A stretch of DNA of 64,000 nt from Eledone cirrhosa (lineage: Eukaryota): NCBI GenBank assembly GCA_964016885.1, contig OZ024743.1, forward strand, positions 351,416,001 through 351,480,000, written 5' to 3'. The translations under genes were made by a program, and so were the position numbers. Shown in pieces: positions 45,130 to 58,687 of this stretch. The notes under the pieces are model-generated. The model was not told the DNA's origin. It ran no database searches and saw only the letters and a program-made list of their open reading frames with translations. The first letter of the stretch is position 1; each line of letters begins with the position of its first letter.

Positions 45130-46127
45130 AACCAAATGGGGAAAAATGGTAAACAATTATACAAATGGGACCTGCCCCTTGTATAGGAGCAAATTTTGGA
45201 ATAGAATAGAAAGAACTAGGAATAAGGTTAATAGAATAAACTCATGGTATGATAGCAATAAATACCAGAGTGTAATGTTCATCAATACAACCCCTAGAGG
45301 TGGATTAGCTTACAAATTTAGAAGGGCCCTAAATAAACATAAACTTAATATTAAGATAGTAGAAAGACCAGGTACCTCCATAAAAACACTTATTAGCAAT
45401 ACATACCCTTTTCAAAGACCTCCCTGTATAGATAAGAAATGTATAATCTGTAAACTAAGCCCCCATATTAACTGTAAAACTAGAAATGTAGTATATAGCA
45501 TAAGATGTACTGAAGGACAATGTAAAGATAAGAATATAGTGTACATAGGTGAGACAGCTCGTAGTATAGGAGAACGGTTAAATGAACACTGGCAAGAACT
45601 TCAAGATAAAAAAGAATCATTAATACTCCACCAACATGCTAAAATAGAACATAAGGGCAAATTAGAGAACATAGAAATAAAAATAGAATCTACACACAGA
45701 AAAGACGCAATGTTTAGACAAATCACAGAGGCAATAAACATAAATGAACTCCAACCAAAATTAAATAGAAAACATGAATGGAATAGCAACATCACAACTT
45801 ACAATTAAGGACAAAATGAAAACACACACATAGAACAAACAATCAACCAGTAACATGTAAATAAACAAATAAATAAACAAATATAAACACACACAGACAC
45901 CTGGATGTAACACATGCGCAGACTAAGCATACAACACACACAAAAACAAGATGGCGTAGGACAGAAGAAAGGAGAGGCACAAAACAAAGAAAAGAATCCC
46001 CAGTCAACCAACCAACCGGAAATTTATAAATTATTAAATTTATAAATTTAATTTATAATAAATTGGAGTGAAAGCAACTGGTGCGTGTGTTTCTTATTGG
46101 CAACATGAACCTCCCAAAGCATAACAA
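45130..46127 (+). mobile_element. 5'-truncated PLE (RT thumb end + GIY-YIG + 3' end)
   Basis: CIDKKCIIC..CKTRNVVYSIRC..VYIGETARSIGERLNEH..RQITEAINI..PKLNRKHEW. Same family as 60250-60900. Confidence 0.85.
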
Positions 46128-46297
46128 TATATATATATATATATAGGACCAACAATTTATTTATAACCTGTATTGCATTAGAAATGTTACATAACGACCT
46201 TATTACGTAATATGCTGTATGATGCAGTTTTGTTGGTGGTTGCGTGATGAAAGCAATACATAATTATTAACGCTACACAAATATGTATTACGGCATA

Positions 46298-47406
46298 TCT
46301 GTATATATATAAAATTAAGTATGTGTGTGTCTGTGTGTCTGTGTATTACCTATAAGGGCCTACATCTTACGACCGATTTTCATGAAACTTTACAGGCTCA
46401 GAGATTAGTCATCGAGGAGTGTTTTCTATATATCAGCGTATCGTTTTTTTTTTATTCCGGGGTCATTCTGCAGATAAAAATCGATAGGTATCGAAAAATA
46501 AGATTTTTGGCCCTAGCTCCTACATTTTGACAACGATTTCGTTCAAATTTTAAAGCAAAATAGAATTTATCATTGCACATTCTGTAATGGCTTTATATTT
46601 TGTATTTGTTGTTCAAGGACGGCGTTGCAGCCGCTTAAATATTCAAAAATACCACTTTTAGACTCAAATTTCCCCTTTTTCGGCTCTAGCTCCCACATTA
46701 ATCAACCTACTTTGTTCAAATTTTACACTACGCTAGATCTGATTATTTCACGTCTTAAGGTGGCTTTACAATTTGGATTTTTTTTGTTCAGGAATGGCGT
46801 GGCAGCCGCTTAAATATTCGAAAATACCACCTTTTCGCTCAAATTTCCGCCTTTTCGGCTCTAGCTCCCACATTTTTCAACTGATTTCGTTCAAATTCGA
46901 AACTTCGGCTCCACCTCACACATAAATCAATTTATTTGGTTCAACTTTTATACTACGATAGAACCTATCATTAGCTCCCACACTTTTCAACCGATTTCGT
47001 TCAAATTCAAAATTTCGGCTCCACCTCCCACATAAATCAATTTTTAGGGTTCAACTTTTATACTACGATAGAACCTATCATTGCACATCTTATAGATGGT
47101 CAAAGGCAAAACGATGGCCACTGGTGTCGTCTGAGCTTTTAGTTGTGTATTTGAGAATTCATTGGTTTCCAATCAAGTAGCGTGAGGAAATTTGGCTTAG
47201 TGTTAGAGGTCATTACCTCCTTCTCCCAGCATGCCCCTTCGTCAGTCACCCGCGTTTCTCAGTGATAGAGGTCATCACCACTCTCCCTCGCATGGCCTGT
47301 GTGTGGCCATAGATGAGTCATCGAGAAGCAGCCGCTAAGATCAACACCTTTTCATCAAAGCAGATATTATTTTACCTACCCAGGCAACGCTGGGTACTGC
47401 TGCTAG
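46298..47406 (+). mobile_element. Complete non-autonomous Helitron with internal tandem repeats
   Basis: A|TC start; 3' hairpin acccag gcaacg ctgggt followed by CTAG|T; no TSD; internal ~120-180-bp repeats at 46500-47090. Confidence 0.82.
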
Positions 47407-47703
47407 TTATGAATAAAATTAACTATGAATATCTATATCTGACCTTCGCAATTATCATTATTGTACGTATACTCCATCATGGAATAACCAAATCGGTTTT
47501 GGAAGGATACACATGACGTTGAATGCTTGAAACTAATTACATCGCCGTTTACATACGTCGTTTGCATATGCATATATACATATATATACATATATATACA
47601 TATATTTATATATATATATATGTATACATACATACGAATATATATATATACATACACATATATATATACACACATACACATATATATATATATACATATT
47701 TAT

Positions 47704-47829
<126 letters not shown>

Positions 47830-47937
47830 GTGTATGTGTATATATATATATGTGTATGTGTATATATATATATGTGAATATATATATATATATATACATG
47901 TGTGTATGTATACATATATATGTATATATATAAATAT

Positions 47938-50900
47938 ACCTTCTCGCTAACCCAACCTTAATTCTGTCGTATTTTTCAAAACAAAACAAAAATCCTTCTT
48001 CTTATATATTCTTTTTAAATATATTTGTTATTTCGAGGACCGTATTTAAACTCTTAATTCCCGCTCTTACTATCTTCTCCCCCTCCCCTACATCATGAGG
48101 GTTCGCGGTCAGCCACCCCACTCTACATCATGCGGCCAAAGCCGGTTTTTGTCGTATTTTCCAAAACAAATCTTGTATTTTTGTTATTGCTTGTTAAATA
48201 CGAGGATCTTATTTAGACCTTATCTTCTCGCTAACAACTCAACATCCCTCCCGCCCGCCACCATTATTATTACGTGGACCAATCATAAGCCAGAGGCCTA
48301 TACTATCGCTTACCTGGTTGTCTTTCGATATGATGGATGGATGGAGTACGGAATTCTGGAGAGTTGAAGAGAGAAAAATCTGGACGCTCAGCGACAATGC
48401 CAAAGATAAAGACAAATTCACCTCGTGGACGAGAATGCGAGCACTCCTCTTTGTTTCGGCCGCGGATGGCTAACATAACCCCCCCCCCGCACCCCACCGC
48501 TGCCACCCTCCAAACGCAATCCAAAACTTCAGAGTTGGTACCATGAATGTAGGCACCTTAAAGGGTCGCTCTAACGAGGTTGTAGAAATGCTTGAACGTA
48601 AGGAGGTCGATGTTTGTTGTATTCAAGAGACCAGGTGGAGGGGTGGGTCTGCTAGATTCATTGTGGGTAAAAAACGATGCTATAAGCTTTTCTGGGTGGG
48701 AAATGACAATGGGCTGGGTGGAGTAGGAATCATGGTAGCAGAAAAGTGGGCAGATAAGATAATAGACGTAAATAGAGTGAACGACAGAATAATTAAAATA
48801 AGACTTGCCCTCAATAGAACTACGGTGACAGTAATATCTGCGTACGCACCCCAATCCGGACTGCCCGGCACTATAAAAGACAGATTCTATGAGACACTGA
48901 TGCTCACTACCTCCCAAATAACCGACAGTGACTATATAATTATTGCAGGCGACCTAAATGGTCACGTTGGACAACATTGTGACGGCTACGACGAAATCCA
49001 TGGAGGCTATGAGTTTGGTACTAGAAATGAGGAAGGCTCCAGAATCCTGGAATTCTGTGACGCAAATAACCTAACTAGCTGTAACACTAACTTCAAAAAA
49101 CGTGACAATCACCTGATCACCTATAGATCGGGGGAACACACAAGCCAGGTAGATTATATCCTTACCAGAAGACGTGACAGAGTGTCTGTTGTAAACACTA
49201 AATCCCTCCCCCATGAAGAATGCACCTCCCAACATAGACTGATAATTAGCGACCTAATAGTCAGGACGAGACGTACTAGACAGCAGAAGAGGATTATCCT
49301 CAGGAGAAAAATATGGAAGCTAAAGGACCCCACAGCCAGAAATAAATTTCAAAGCATGTTACTTGATGCTTTAGACAGTAAGGAAGAGCAATTAGAGTCA
49401 GATAATATAGAGGAACAGTGGGAATTCCTGAAAGCAAACCTGCTGATGGCGGCAGACGAAGTCTGTGGCTGGAGCAGGCCTATAGGTAGGAGGAGAGTAA
49501 CTTGGTGGTGGAACAGTAAGGTGGAGGGGTCAATTAAGGCCAAAAAGCAGGCTTGGAAAGTATGGCGGGATGGGGGAAGTAGAGAAGACTATCAAGTGGC
49601 CAGGAGGGAAGCTAGGAGACAGGTGTACTTCGCAAGAAGGGAAGCAGGGGAAAGAAAGTTCAAGCATGTTCTACAACGCGAGGACCAAAAACGTGAGGTG
49701 TTCAGGATTGCTAGGCAATGTGTCAAGGAAAACCGTGATATTGTCGGGGAGAAGTGTGTACTTAATGATGACGGCGTACCTGCCATCACCGACGCTGATA
49801 AAACGGTAGCTTGGAAGTGTCACTACGAAAGGCTACTAAATGAGGAGAATAAATGGGAGAAAGACAGTCTCCCCCACATCGACCCAATAGAGGGACCAGC
49901 AGTGTTAGTCGAGGGTAGTATAATAAGTAAGGCAATCAAAGATATGAAGACGGGTAAGGCGGCTGGGCCTTCGGAAATAGTTGCTGAGATGCTCAAGGCA
50001 TCTGGTACGGTGGGACACACCATGGTCACCCGGATAGTTAACCAAGTCGTACAGAATGAGGTTGTTCCGAAGGACTGGCGTAGCAGCATCATCGTTAACT
50101 GTTATAAGGGTAAAGGAGATGCCCTAGATAAGAGTAACTATAGAGGCATTAAATTAATCGACCAGGTCATGAAGGTCACGGAAAAAGTAATAGCGCAACT
50201 AATCAGAGAGAGAATTGATCTAGATGAAATGCAGTTCGGGTTTGTGTCAGAGAAAAGTACCACAGACGCTCTTTTCATTGTACAACTACAGGATAAGTAC
50301 CTAGCTAAAAGTAAACCCCTATACTTAGCTTTTGTCGACTTGGAGAAAGCCTTTGACAGAGTCCCCCGTTCCATTATCTGGTGGGCTCTTAGAAAACTAG
50401 GTGTTGACGAATGGCTTGTGAGAGCTATACAAGCCATGTATAAAGAAACAGTCAGCAAGGTTAGAATTAACAACGAATATAGTGAAGAGTTTAGCGTAAA
50501 AGTTGGCGTCCATCAGGGCTCTGTTCTCAGCCCCCTACTATTTATTATTGCCCTTCAGGCTATAACAGAGGAGTTCAAGCCCATGGGAACTCCTATACGC
50601 AGATGACCTAACACTCATAGCTGAATCAATGGCCGAGCTAGAGAAGAAATTCCAAGCATGGAAGCACGGCCTAGAATCAAAAAGCCTTAAAATTAACCTG
50701 GCTAAGACTAAAGTTCTAGTTTGTAAGAAAGAAAATAAGGCGGCGGTCCCTTCCGGGAAGTGGCCATGCTCAGTGTGTAGGAAAGGCGTAGGTAGAAACT
50801 CCATTTTGTGTCCCAAATGCAAAGTATGGGTGCATAAAAGATGTAGTGGGATCACAGGTAAGCTAACTAAGAACATAGATTTTACATGTGGCCGGTGCTC

Positions 50901-52059
50901 TGGTGCAATAAGTAGCAGCAAGTGCCCACAAAGTACTAGCTCTTTCAACTGCGCAGAGGGTCCTATAGAAATAGTGGACAGCTTCCATTACCTTGGTGAC
51001 AAAATCAGCAGTGGGGGAGGGTGCTCTGAAAGTACAGTAGCTAGAGTCAGAACTGGATGGAAAAAGTTCAGAGAGCTTATACCATATTAGCCGCTAAAGG
51101 GTTCTCCCTAAAAATGAAAGGCAGGTTGTATGATGCCTGCATACGAACAGCAATGTTGCATGGCAGTGAGACCTGGGCATTGTGTGCAGAGGATATACGC
51201 AGACTAAAGAGGAACGAAGCTTGCATGCTCCGCTGGATGTGTAATAGTAATATACGTGAACGGCAAAGCATAAACGAATTAAGGAAAAAATTAAAAATAA
51301 GAGGGATCAGATGTTGTTTACTCGAGAGAAGGCTACGTTGGTATGGTTACGTGATGCGCATGAAAGACGATAGCTGTATAACAAAGTGCAGGGCAATAAA
51401 GATAGACGGTAGCCACGGAGTAGGCAGACCCAGAAAAACCTGGGACGAGCTGATAAATTCCGACCTCACACACTTACACCTCTCCAAGACAATGTCACTG
51501 GACCGAGACCTTTGGCGGTACTCAGTAATAGAGAAGACCCGCCTTACCTAAATACAAAGTAAAACCTACTACAGTCAGTAGGCATCTCTAACAAAATACA
51601 CCCCCGTCCCACCACCCTCACTCCCTATCCACACCGCCCTTTCAATGTAAAGTTACGTTGGTGCCACAACATCCAGGCCGAAACAAATGAGATCGTGTAG
51701 GTGTCACGACAAAAAAACACACAGTCCACGCTGTAATGTGGCCGTGTAGGCAACATGGTAAAAACATCCCAGCCCCACACTGTAAATGTGGTTGGTGTTA
51801 GGAAGGGCATCCAGCTGTAGAAAACCCGCCAGACAGTCCACGCTGTAATATGGCCGTGTAGGCAACACGGTAAAAACCTCCCAGCCCCACACTGTAAATG
51901 TGGTTGGTGTTAGGAAGGGCATCCAGCTGTAGAAAACCCGCCAGACCGTCCTATGCGAGCAAGACAATCACTCTTGCCTCAAGTGGGAAAACCCCCGTCC
52001 AAACCCATGCAAGCGTGGAACACGGACGTTAAACGTTGATGATGATGATGATGATGATG
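47938..52059 (+). mobile_element. RTE-clade LINE (APE + RT with PHD-like insertion), frameshifted in its 3' half
   Basis: NVGTL, CCIQETRW, SAYAPQ, AGDLNGH, QVDYIL, SQHRL; FVDLEKAFDRV, GVHQGSVLSPLLF, PWELLYADDL (shifted), FHYLG, RLRWYG, GRPRKTW; (GAT)n tail. The 5' boundary is approximate. Confidence 0.93.
48543..50606 (+). CDS. RTE ORF N-terminal part (AP endonuclease + RT domains 0-4)
   Basis: 687-aa open frame that leaves the RT frame at ~50578, just before YADD. Confidence 0.88.
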   Translation: MNVGTLKGRSNEVVEMLERKEVDVCCIQETRWRGGSARFIVGKKRCYKLFWVGNDNGLGGVGIMVAEKWADKIIDVNRVNDRIIKIRLALNRTTVTVISAYAPQSGLPGTIKDRFYETLMLTTSQITDSDYIIIAGDLNGHVGQHCDGYDEIHGGYEFGTRNEEGSRILEFCDANNLTSCNTNFKKRDNHLITYRSGEHTSQVDYILTRRRDRVSVVNTKSLPHEECTSQHRLIISDLIVRTRRTRQQKRIILRRKIWKLKDPTARNKFQSMLLDALDSKEEQLESDNIEEQWEFLKANLLMAADEVCGWSRPIGRRRVTWWWNSKVEGSIKAKKQAWKVWRDGGSREDYQVARREARRQVYFARREAGERKFKHVLQREDQKREVFRIARQCVKENRDIVGEKCVLNDDGVPAITDADKTVAWKCHYERLLNEENKWEKDSLPHIDPIEGPAVLVEGSIISKAIKDMKTGKAAGPSEIVAEMLKASGTVGHTMVTRIVNQVVQNEVVPKDWRSSIIVNCYKGKGDALDKSNYRGIKLIDQVMKVTEKVIAQLIRERIDLDEMQFGFVSEKSTTDALFIVQLQDKYLAKSKPLYLAFVDLEKAFDRVPRSIIWWALRKLGVDEWLVRAIQAMYKETVSKVRINNEYSEEFSVKVGVHQGSVLSPLLFIIALQAITEEFKPMGTPIRR

Positions 52060-52070
52060 ATATATATACT

Positions 52071-55000
52071 ATAGCACAACTAATCAGAGAGTGAATTGAT
52101 CTAGATGAAATGAAGTTTGGGTTTGTGTCAGGTAAAAGTACCACAGACGCTCTTTTCCTTGTACAACTACAGGATAAGTACCTAGCTAAAAGTAAACCCC
52201 TATACTTAGCTTTTGTCGACTTGGAGAAAGCCTTTGACAGAGTCCCCCGTTCCATTATCTGGTGGGCTCTTAGAAAACTAGGTGTTGACGAATGGCTTGT
52301 GAGAGCTATACAAGCCATGTATAAAGAAACAGTCAGCAAGGTTAGAATTAACAACGAATATAGTGAAGAGTTTAGCGTAAAAGTTGGCGTCCATCAGGGC
52401 TCTGTTCTCAGCCCCCTACTATTTATTATTGCCCTTCAGGCTATAACAGAGGAGTTCAAGCCCATGGGAACTCCTATACGCAGATGACCTAACACTCATA
52501 GCTGAATCAATGGCCGAGCTAGAGAAGAAATTCCAAGCATGGAAGCACGGCCTAGAATCAAAAAGCCTTAAAATTAACCTGGCTAAGACTAAAGTTCTAG
52601 TTTGTAAGAAAGAAAATAAGGCGGCGGTCCCTTCCGGGAAGTGGCCATGCTCAGTGTGTAGGAAAGGCGTAGGTAGAAACTCCATTTTGTGTCCCAAATG
52701 CAAAGTATGGGTGCATAAAAGATGTAGTGGGATCACAGGTAAGCTAACTAAGAACATAGATTTTACATGTGGCCGGTGCTCTGGTGCAATAAGTAGCAGC
52801 AAGTGCCCACAAAGTACTAGCTCTTTCAACTGCGCAGAGGGTCCTATAGAAATAGTGGACAGCTTCCATTACCTTGGTGACAAAATCAGCAGTGGGGGAG
52901 GGTGCTCTGAAAGTACAGTAGCTAGAGTCAGAACTGGATGGAAAAAGTTCAGAGAGCTTATACCATATTAGCCGCTAAAGGGTTCTCCCTAAAAATGAAA
53001 GGCAGGTTGTATGATGCCTGCATACGAACAGCAATGTTGCATGGCAGTGAGACCTGGGCATTGTGTGCAGAGGATATACGCAGACTAAAGAGGAACGAAG
53101 CTTACATGCTCCGCTGGATGTGTAATAGTAATATACGTGAACGGCAAAGCATAAACGAATTAAGGAAAAAATTAAAAATAAGAGGGATCAGATGTTGTTT
53201 ACTCGAGAGAAGGCTACGTTGGTATGGTTACGTGATGCGCATGAAAGACGATAGCTGTATAACAAAGTGCAGGGCAATAAAGATAGACGGTAGCCACGGA
53301 GTAGGCAGACCCAGAAAAACCTGGGACGAGCTGATAAATTCCGACCTCACACACTTACACCTCTCCAAGACAATGTCACTGGACCGAGACCTTTGGCGGT
53401 ACTCAGTAATAGAGAAGACCCGCCTTACCTAAATACAAAGTAAAACCTACTACAGTCAGTAGGCATCTCTAACAAAATACACCCCCGTCCCACCACCCTC
53501 ACTCCCTATCCACACCGCCCTTTCAATGTAAAGTTACGTTGGTGCCACAACATCCAGGCCGAAACAAATGAGATCGTGTAGGTGTCACGACAAAAAAACA
53601 CACAGTCCACGCTGTAATGTGGCCGTGTAGGCAACATGGTAAAAACATCCCAGCCCCACACTGTAAATGTTGTTGGTGTTAGGAAGGGCATCCAGCTGTA
53701 GAAAACCCGCCAGACAGTCCACGCTGTAATATGGCCGTGTAGGCAACACGGTAAAAACCTCCCAGCCCCACACTGTAAATGTGGTTGGTGTTAGGAAGGG
53801 CATCCAGCTGTAGAAAACCCGCCAGACCGTCCTATGCGAGCAAGACAATCACTCTTGCCTCAAGTGGGAAAACCCCCGTCCAAACCCATGCAAGCGTGGA
53901 ACACGGACGTTAAACGTTGATGATGATGATGATGATGATGATATATATACTATAGCACAACTAATCAGAGAGTGAATTGATCTAGATGAAATGAAGTTTG
54001 GGTTTGTGTCAGGTAAAAGTACCACAGACGCTCTTTTCCTTGTACAACTACAGGATAAGTACCTAGCTAAAAGTAAACCCCTATACTTAGCTTTTGTCGA
54101 CTTGGAGAAAGCCTTTGACAGAGTCCCCCGTTCCATTATCTGGTGGGCTCTTAGAAAACTAGGTGTTGACGAATGGCTTGTGAGAGCTATACAAGCCATG
54201 TATAAAGAAACAGTCAGCAAGGTTAGAATTAACAACGAATATAGTGAAGAGTTTAGCGTAAAAGTTGGCGTCCATCAGGGCTCTGTTCTCAGCCCCCTAC
54301 TATTTATTATTGCCCTTCAGGCTATAACAGAGGAGTTCAAGCCCATGGGAACTCCTATACGCAGATGACCTAACACTCATAGCTGAATCAATGGCCGAGC
54401 TAGAGAAGAAATTCCAAGCATGGAAGCACGGCCTAGAATCAAAAAGCCTTAAAATTAACCTGGCTAAGACTAAAGTTCTAGTTTGTAAGAAAGAAAATAA
54501 GGCGGCGGTCCCTTCCGGGAAGTGGCCATGCTCAGTGTGTAGGAAAGGCGTAGGTAGAAACTCCATTTTGTGTCCCAAATGCAAAGTATGGGTGCATAAA
54601 AGATGTAGTGGGATCACAGGTAAGCTAACTAAGAACATAGATTTTACATGTGGCCGGTGCTCTGGTGCAATAAGTAGCAGCAAGTGCCCACAAAGTACTA
54701 GCTCTTTCAACTGCGCAGAGGGTCCTATAGAAATAGTGGACAGCTTCCATTACCTTGGTGACAAAATCAGCAGTGGGGGAGGGTGCTCTGAAAGTACAGT
54801 AGCTAGAGTCAGAACTGGATGGAAAAAGTTCAGAGAGCTTATACCATATTAGCCGCTAAAGGGTTCTCCCTAAAAATGAAAGGCAGGTTGTATGATGCCT
54901 GCATACGAACAGCAATGTTGCATGGCAGTGAGACCTGGGCATTGTGTGCAGAGGATATACGCAGACTAAAGAGGAACGAAGCTTACATGCTCCGCTGGAT

Positions 55001-55823
55001 GTGTAATAGTAATATACGTGAACGGCAAAGCATAAACGAATTAAGGAAAAAATTAAAAATAAGAGGGATCAGATGTTGTTTACTCGAGAGAAGGCTACGT
55101 TGGTATGGTTACGTGATGCGCATGAAAGACGATAGCTGTATAACAAAGTGCAGGGCAATAAAGATAGACGGTAGCCACGGAGTAGGCAGACCCAGAAAAA
55201 CCTGGGACGAGCTGATAAATTCCGACCTCACACACTTACACCTCTCCAAGACAATGTCACTGGACCGAGACCTTTGGCGGTACTCAGTAATAGAGAAGAC
55301 CCGCCTTACCTAAATACAAAGTAAAACCTACTACAGTCAGTAGGCATCTCTAACAAAATACACCCCGTCCCACCACCCTCACTCCCTATCCACACCGCCC
55401 TTTCAATGTAAAGTTACGTTGGTGCCACAACATCCAGGCCGAAACAAATGAGATCGTGTAGGTGTCACGACAAAAAAACACACAGTCCACGCTGTAATGT
55501 GGCCGTGTAGGCAACATGGTAAAAACATCCCAGCCCCACACTGTAAATGTGGTTGGTGTTAGGAAGGGCATCCAGCTGTAGAAAACCCGCCAGACAGTCC
55601 ACGCTGTAATATGGCCGTGTAGGCAACACGGTAAAAACCTCCCAGCCCCACACTGTAAATGTGGTTGGTGTTAGGAAGGGCATCCAGCTGTAGAAAACCC
55701 GCCAGACCGTCCTATGCGAGCAAGACAATCACTCTTGCCTCAAGTGGGAAAACCCCCGTCCAAACCCATGCAAGCGTGGAACACGGACGTTAAACGTTGA
55801 TGATGATGATGATGATGATGATG
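52071..55823 (+). repeat. Two further tandem copies of the 1881-bp RTE 3' end
   Basis: Identical ORF fragments at 50629, 52510 and 54391 (period 1881). Each copy ends in (GAT)n. Confidence 0.95.
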
Positions 55824-55943
55824 ATATATATGTATATATATGTATATATATGTATATATATGTATATATATCTGTAGATATGTATATGTATATGTATATA
55901 TATATGTATGTATATATATATATACAAATATAGATAGATATAT

Positions 55944-56025
<82 letters not shown>

Positions 56026-56774
56026 TGTAAGTATGAATAAAAAATAAACAAACATTTGCCCAATTATTCCTCTTAGTCCCAACTGCAGTTTCGCTTACTT
56101 TTGTGCTGCAAAGTGCATCTAAATTGCACCTAAGGTGTGAGGTAGCAAACTTATCAAGAGACTGCCTCGGTGTAGGTCTAGTTTCTCTGAAGTGACTGCT
56201 ACCAGTAATCATTTTCAAAGGGGAAAAACATCATGTGTGTGTGTGTACATATATCATTGTTTTTATGTTGACTTTTAAATGCCGGCATGGGTTAGACGGG
56301 ACTTTTTGAGGCAATGTTTTACAGCCGAATGCCATTCCTGACACCATTTATCATTATATCTCTAATGACAGACACTACCTATATGTTTTCTAAAAAATGT
56401 TGAAAATAATCAAACATTTGGAGGAATTTAGTAATATAACTAAGTTTCTTATTAGTAAAGTAGTTTTTTTTAGCTTAAAATAAGAGAGGGTTTTTTTTCA
56501 TCACAGAATCATGGTGGGGGGTCTGAAGATGTGATTTCAGAAGCGGTTTGATAAATTGCAGAATATTAATTCGATTCGTTTCTTTTTTTTTTTTTTTTTG
56601 CTTGAAAACCTCAGCTGTCCATGAGGGTTGTTTTGTTTCTGATTGATGATCCCCGGGTGAGTGTATAGTAACAAACAATGAGTATTATTATCATTGTAGT
56701 CAAATACACATTTTGATATCTACATATCACAGTTTGAACATAGTGAAATATTAAAAAGAAACAGGACAACTTAC

Positions 56775-56945
56775 ATTTGCAAAAGATCCTTTATGTTTCA
56801 GGATTTCTTGAACAGCAAATATTGGAACTGGAATGATGGTAACTAAGGCAATACACCAACCAACATAGATCGTCCATACAGGAAACATAGAGCCGTCACC
56901 GTAAGTCAAGTGTTTGAAGGATAATAAGCCCATTATCCAGATAGC
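56775..56945 (-). CDS. SLC6 transporter, penultimate exon (TM11 end - TM12)
   Basis: tacag|AIWIMGLLSFKHLTYGDGSMFPVWTIYVGWCIALVTIIPVPIFAVQEILKHKGSFAN|gtaagt; 171 nt, phase 0/0. Confidence 0.88.
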
Positions 56946-56963
56946 CTGTAATACAATACAAAT

Positions 56964-58110
56964 AATTGTTTCTACTTTAGGCTCAAGGCCAGCAATTACC
57001 CAGTGCATTACTGGTACTTTATTTTATCGATCCCGTAAGGATGAAAGGCAGAGTCAACCCCGGCGGGATTTGAACTCAGATCGTAAAGGGACGTAACTAT
57101 GCTGGAAAGCATGGCGTCCGACCCTCTACCGATACTGCCAATCCACCGCCCTCATACAATACAAATGATATTATACATCACATCATGTAATACAATACAA
57201 ATAATGGTTTCTTATATAGGCACAAGGTCATCAATTTGGGGGGAGGGGGAAGTCGATTAAATCGACCCCAGTACGTGACTGGTACTTTATTTTATCGACC
57301 CCGTAAGGCGAGATTTGAAATCATATAAAGGGCTGGAAAGCATGGCGTTCGACCCTCTACCGATACTGCCAATCCACCGCCCTCATACAATACAAATGAT
57401 ATTATACAACATCACATCATATTATTACTGATACGAGAAGGGCGGTGGATTGGCAGTATAGGTAGAGTGGCGAACAACATGCTTTGCGGCATGGAGTTAC
57501 GGCCCTTTATGATCTGAGTTCAAATCCCGCCGAGGTTAACTTTGCTTTACATCCTTACGGGGCCGATAAAATAAAGTACCAGTCACGTACTGGGGTCGAT
57601 TTAATCGACTTTCCCCTCCCCCAGAATTGCTGGTCTTGTGCCTATATAAGAAACCATTATTACAGATACGAGAGCGGTAGTTTGACAGAGTCGTTAGAGA
57701 ATCGTACAGATTCTTAGCACTTACGGCCTTTCATGTTCAAATCTTGCCGATGTCAACTTCGTCTTTCATCTTTCCGGAGTCGATAAAATAAAGTATCATT
57801 TAAGTACTAGAGGTGATATAATCGACTTTCCCCTTCCTCCAAATTGCTGGCCTTGTGCTTATGTTAGAATGAATTATTACAAATTACAAATACGAGGGTG
57901 ATGGATTGGCAGACACTTTAGAAGGCAGGACAAATGCTTTTCACTAGTTTTTCCGGTTTTGCGTTCTAAGTTCAAATCTCCCCGAGGTCAACTTTACGTT
58001 TCATCCTTCCGGTGCCGATAAAATAAAATAACAGTTAAATACTAAAGTTGAGGCAATCGAATTCACCACACCCCGTTATTGTTAACCTTGTGACTAAATT
58101 AGAAATCAGT
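56964..58110. mobile_element. Cluster of five SINEs (56964-57151-, ~57200-57382-, 57440-57660+, ~57670-57878+, ~57895-58110+); another at 58880-59068-
   Basis: Same SINE consensus as 4533-4722. The first copy has TSD atacaatacaaat (56951-56963 and 57154-57166). Confidence 0.85.
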
Positions 58111-58134
58111 AGTACAAATACATATCACTTAACA

Positions 58135-58540
58135 TACACACACATATATATATCTCACATACATGAGTTCACTTTAAATACACACACATATATATACATA
58201 TCTCACATACATGAGTTCACTTTACATATACACACATGTATATACATATCTCACATACATGAGTTCACTTTACATATACACACATGTATATACATATCTC
58301 ACATACATGAGTTCACTTTACATACACACACATATATATATGTATCTCACATACATGAGTTCACTTTACATGCACACATATATATATATATCTCACATAC
58401 ATGAGTTCACTTTACATGCACACATATATATATATATCTCACATACATGAGTTCATTTTACATACACATATATATATATATCACATACATGAGTTCACTT
58501 TAAATACACACATATATATATATATCACATACATGAGTTT
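58135..58540. repeat. Minisatellite, ~9 units of 42-48 bp
   Basis: Constant core tcacatacatgagttcacttta with (CA)/(TA) linkers. Confidence 0.9.
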
Positions 58541-58638
58541 AGTAATCCCTCATTACTAAGAAAGATGGTTCTCCTGTGTATGATACTTATATGAAGCAAG
58601 CTGTTATAAATACTCATACGCATGCACACACGCGTGCA

Positions 58639-58687
<49 letters not shown>

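Noticed and set aside
48340-48480. Possible HDV-like ribozyme in the RTE 5' region (ttc acctcgt gga ... ggctaac)
   Set aside because: I could not build convincing P1, P1.1 and P2 helices by eye. A descriptor search is needed.
58135-58540. Constant ~22-nt repeat with variable linkers, superficially CRISPR-like
   Set aside because: The linkers are near-identical (CA)/(TA) runs, the context is a eukaryotic intron and there are no cas genes. It is a minisatellite.
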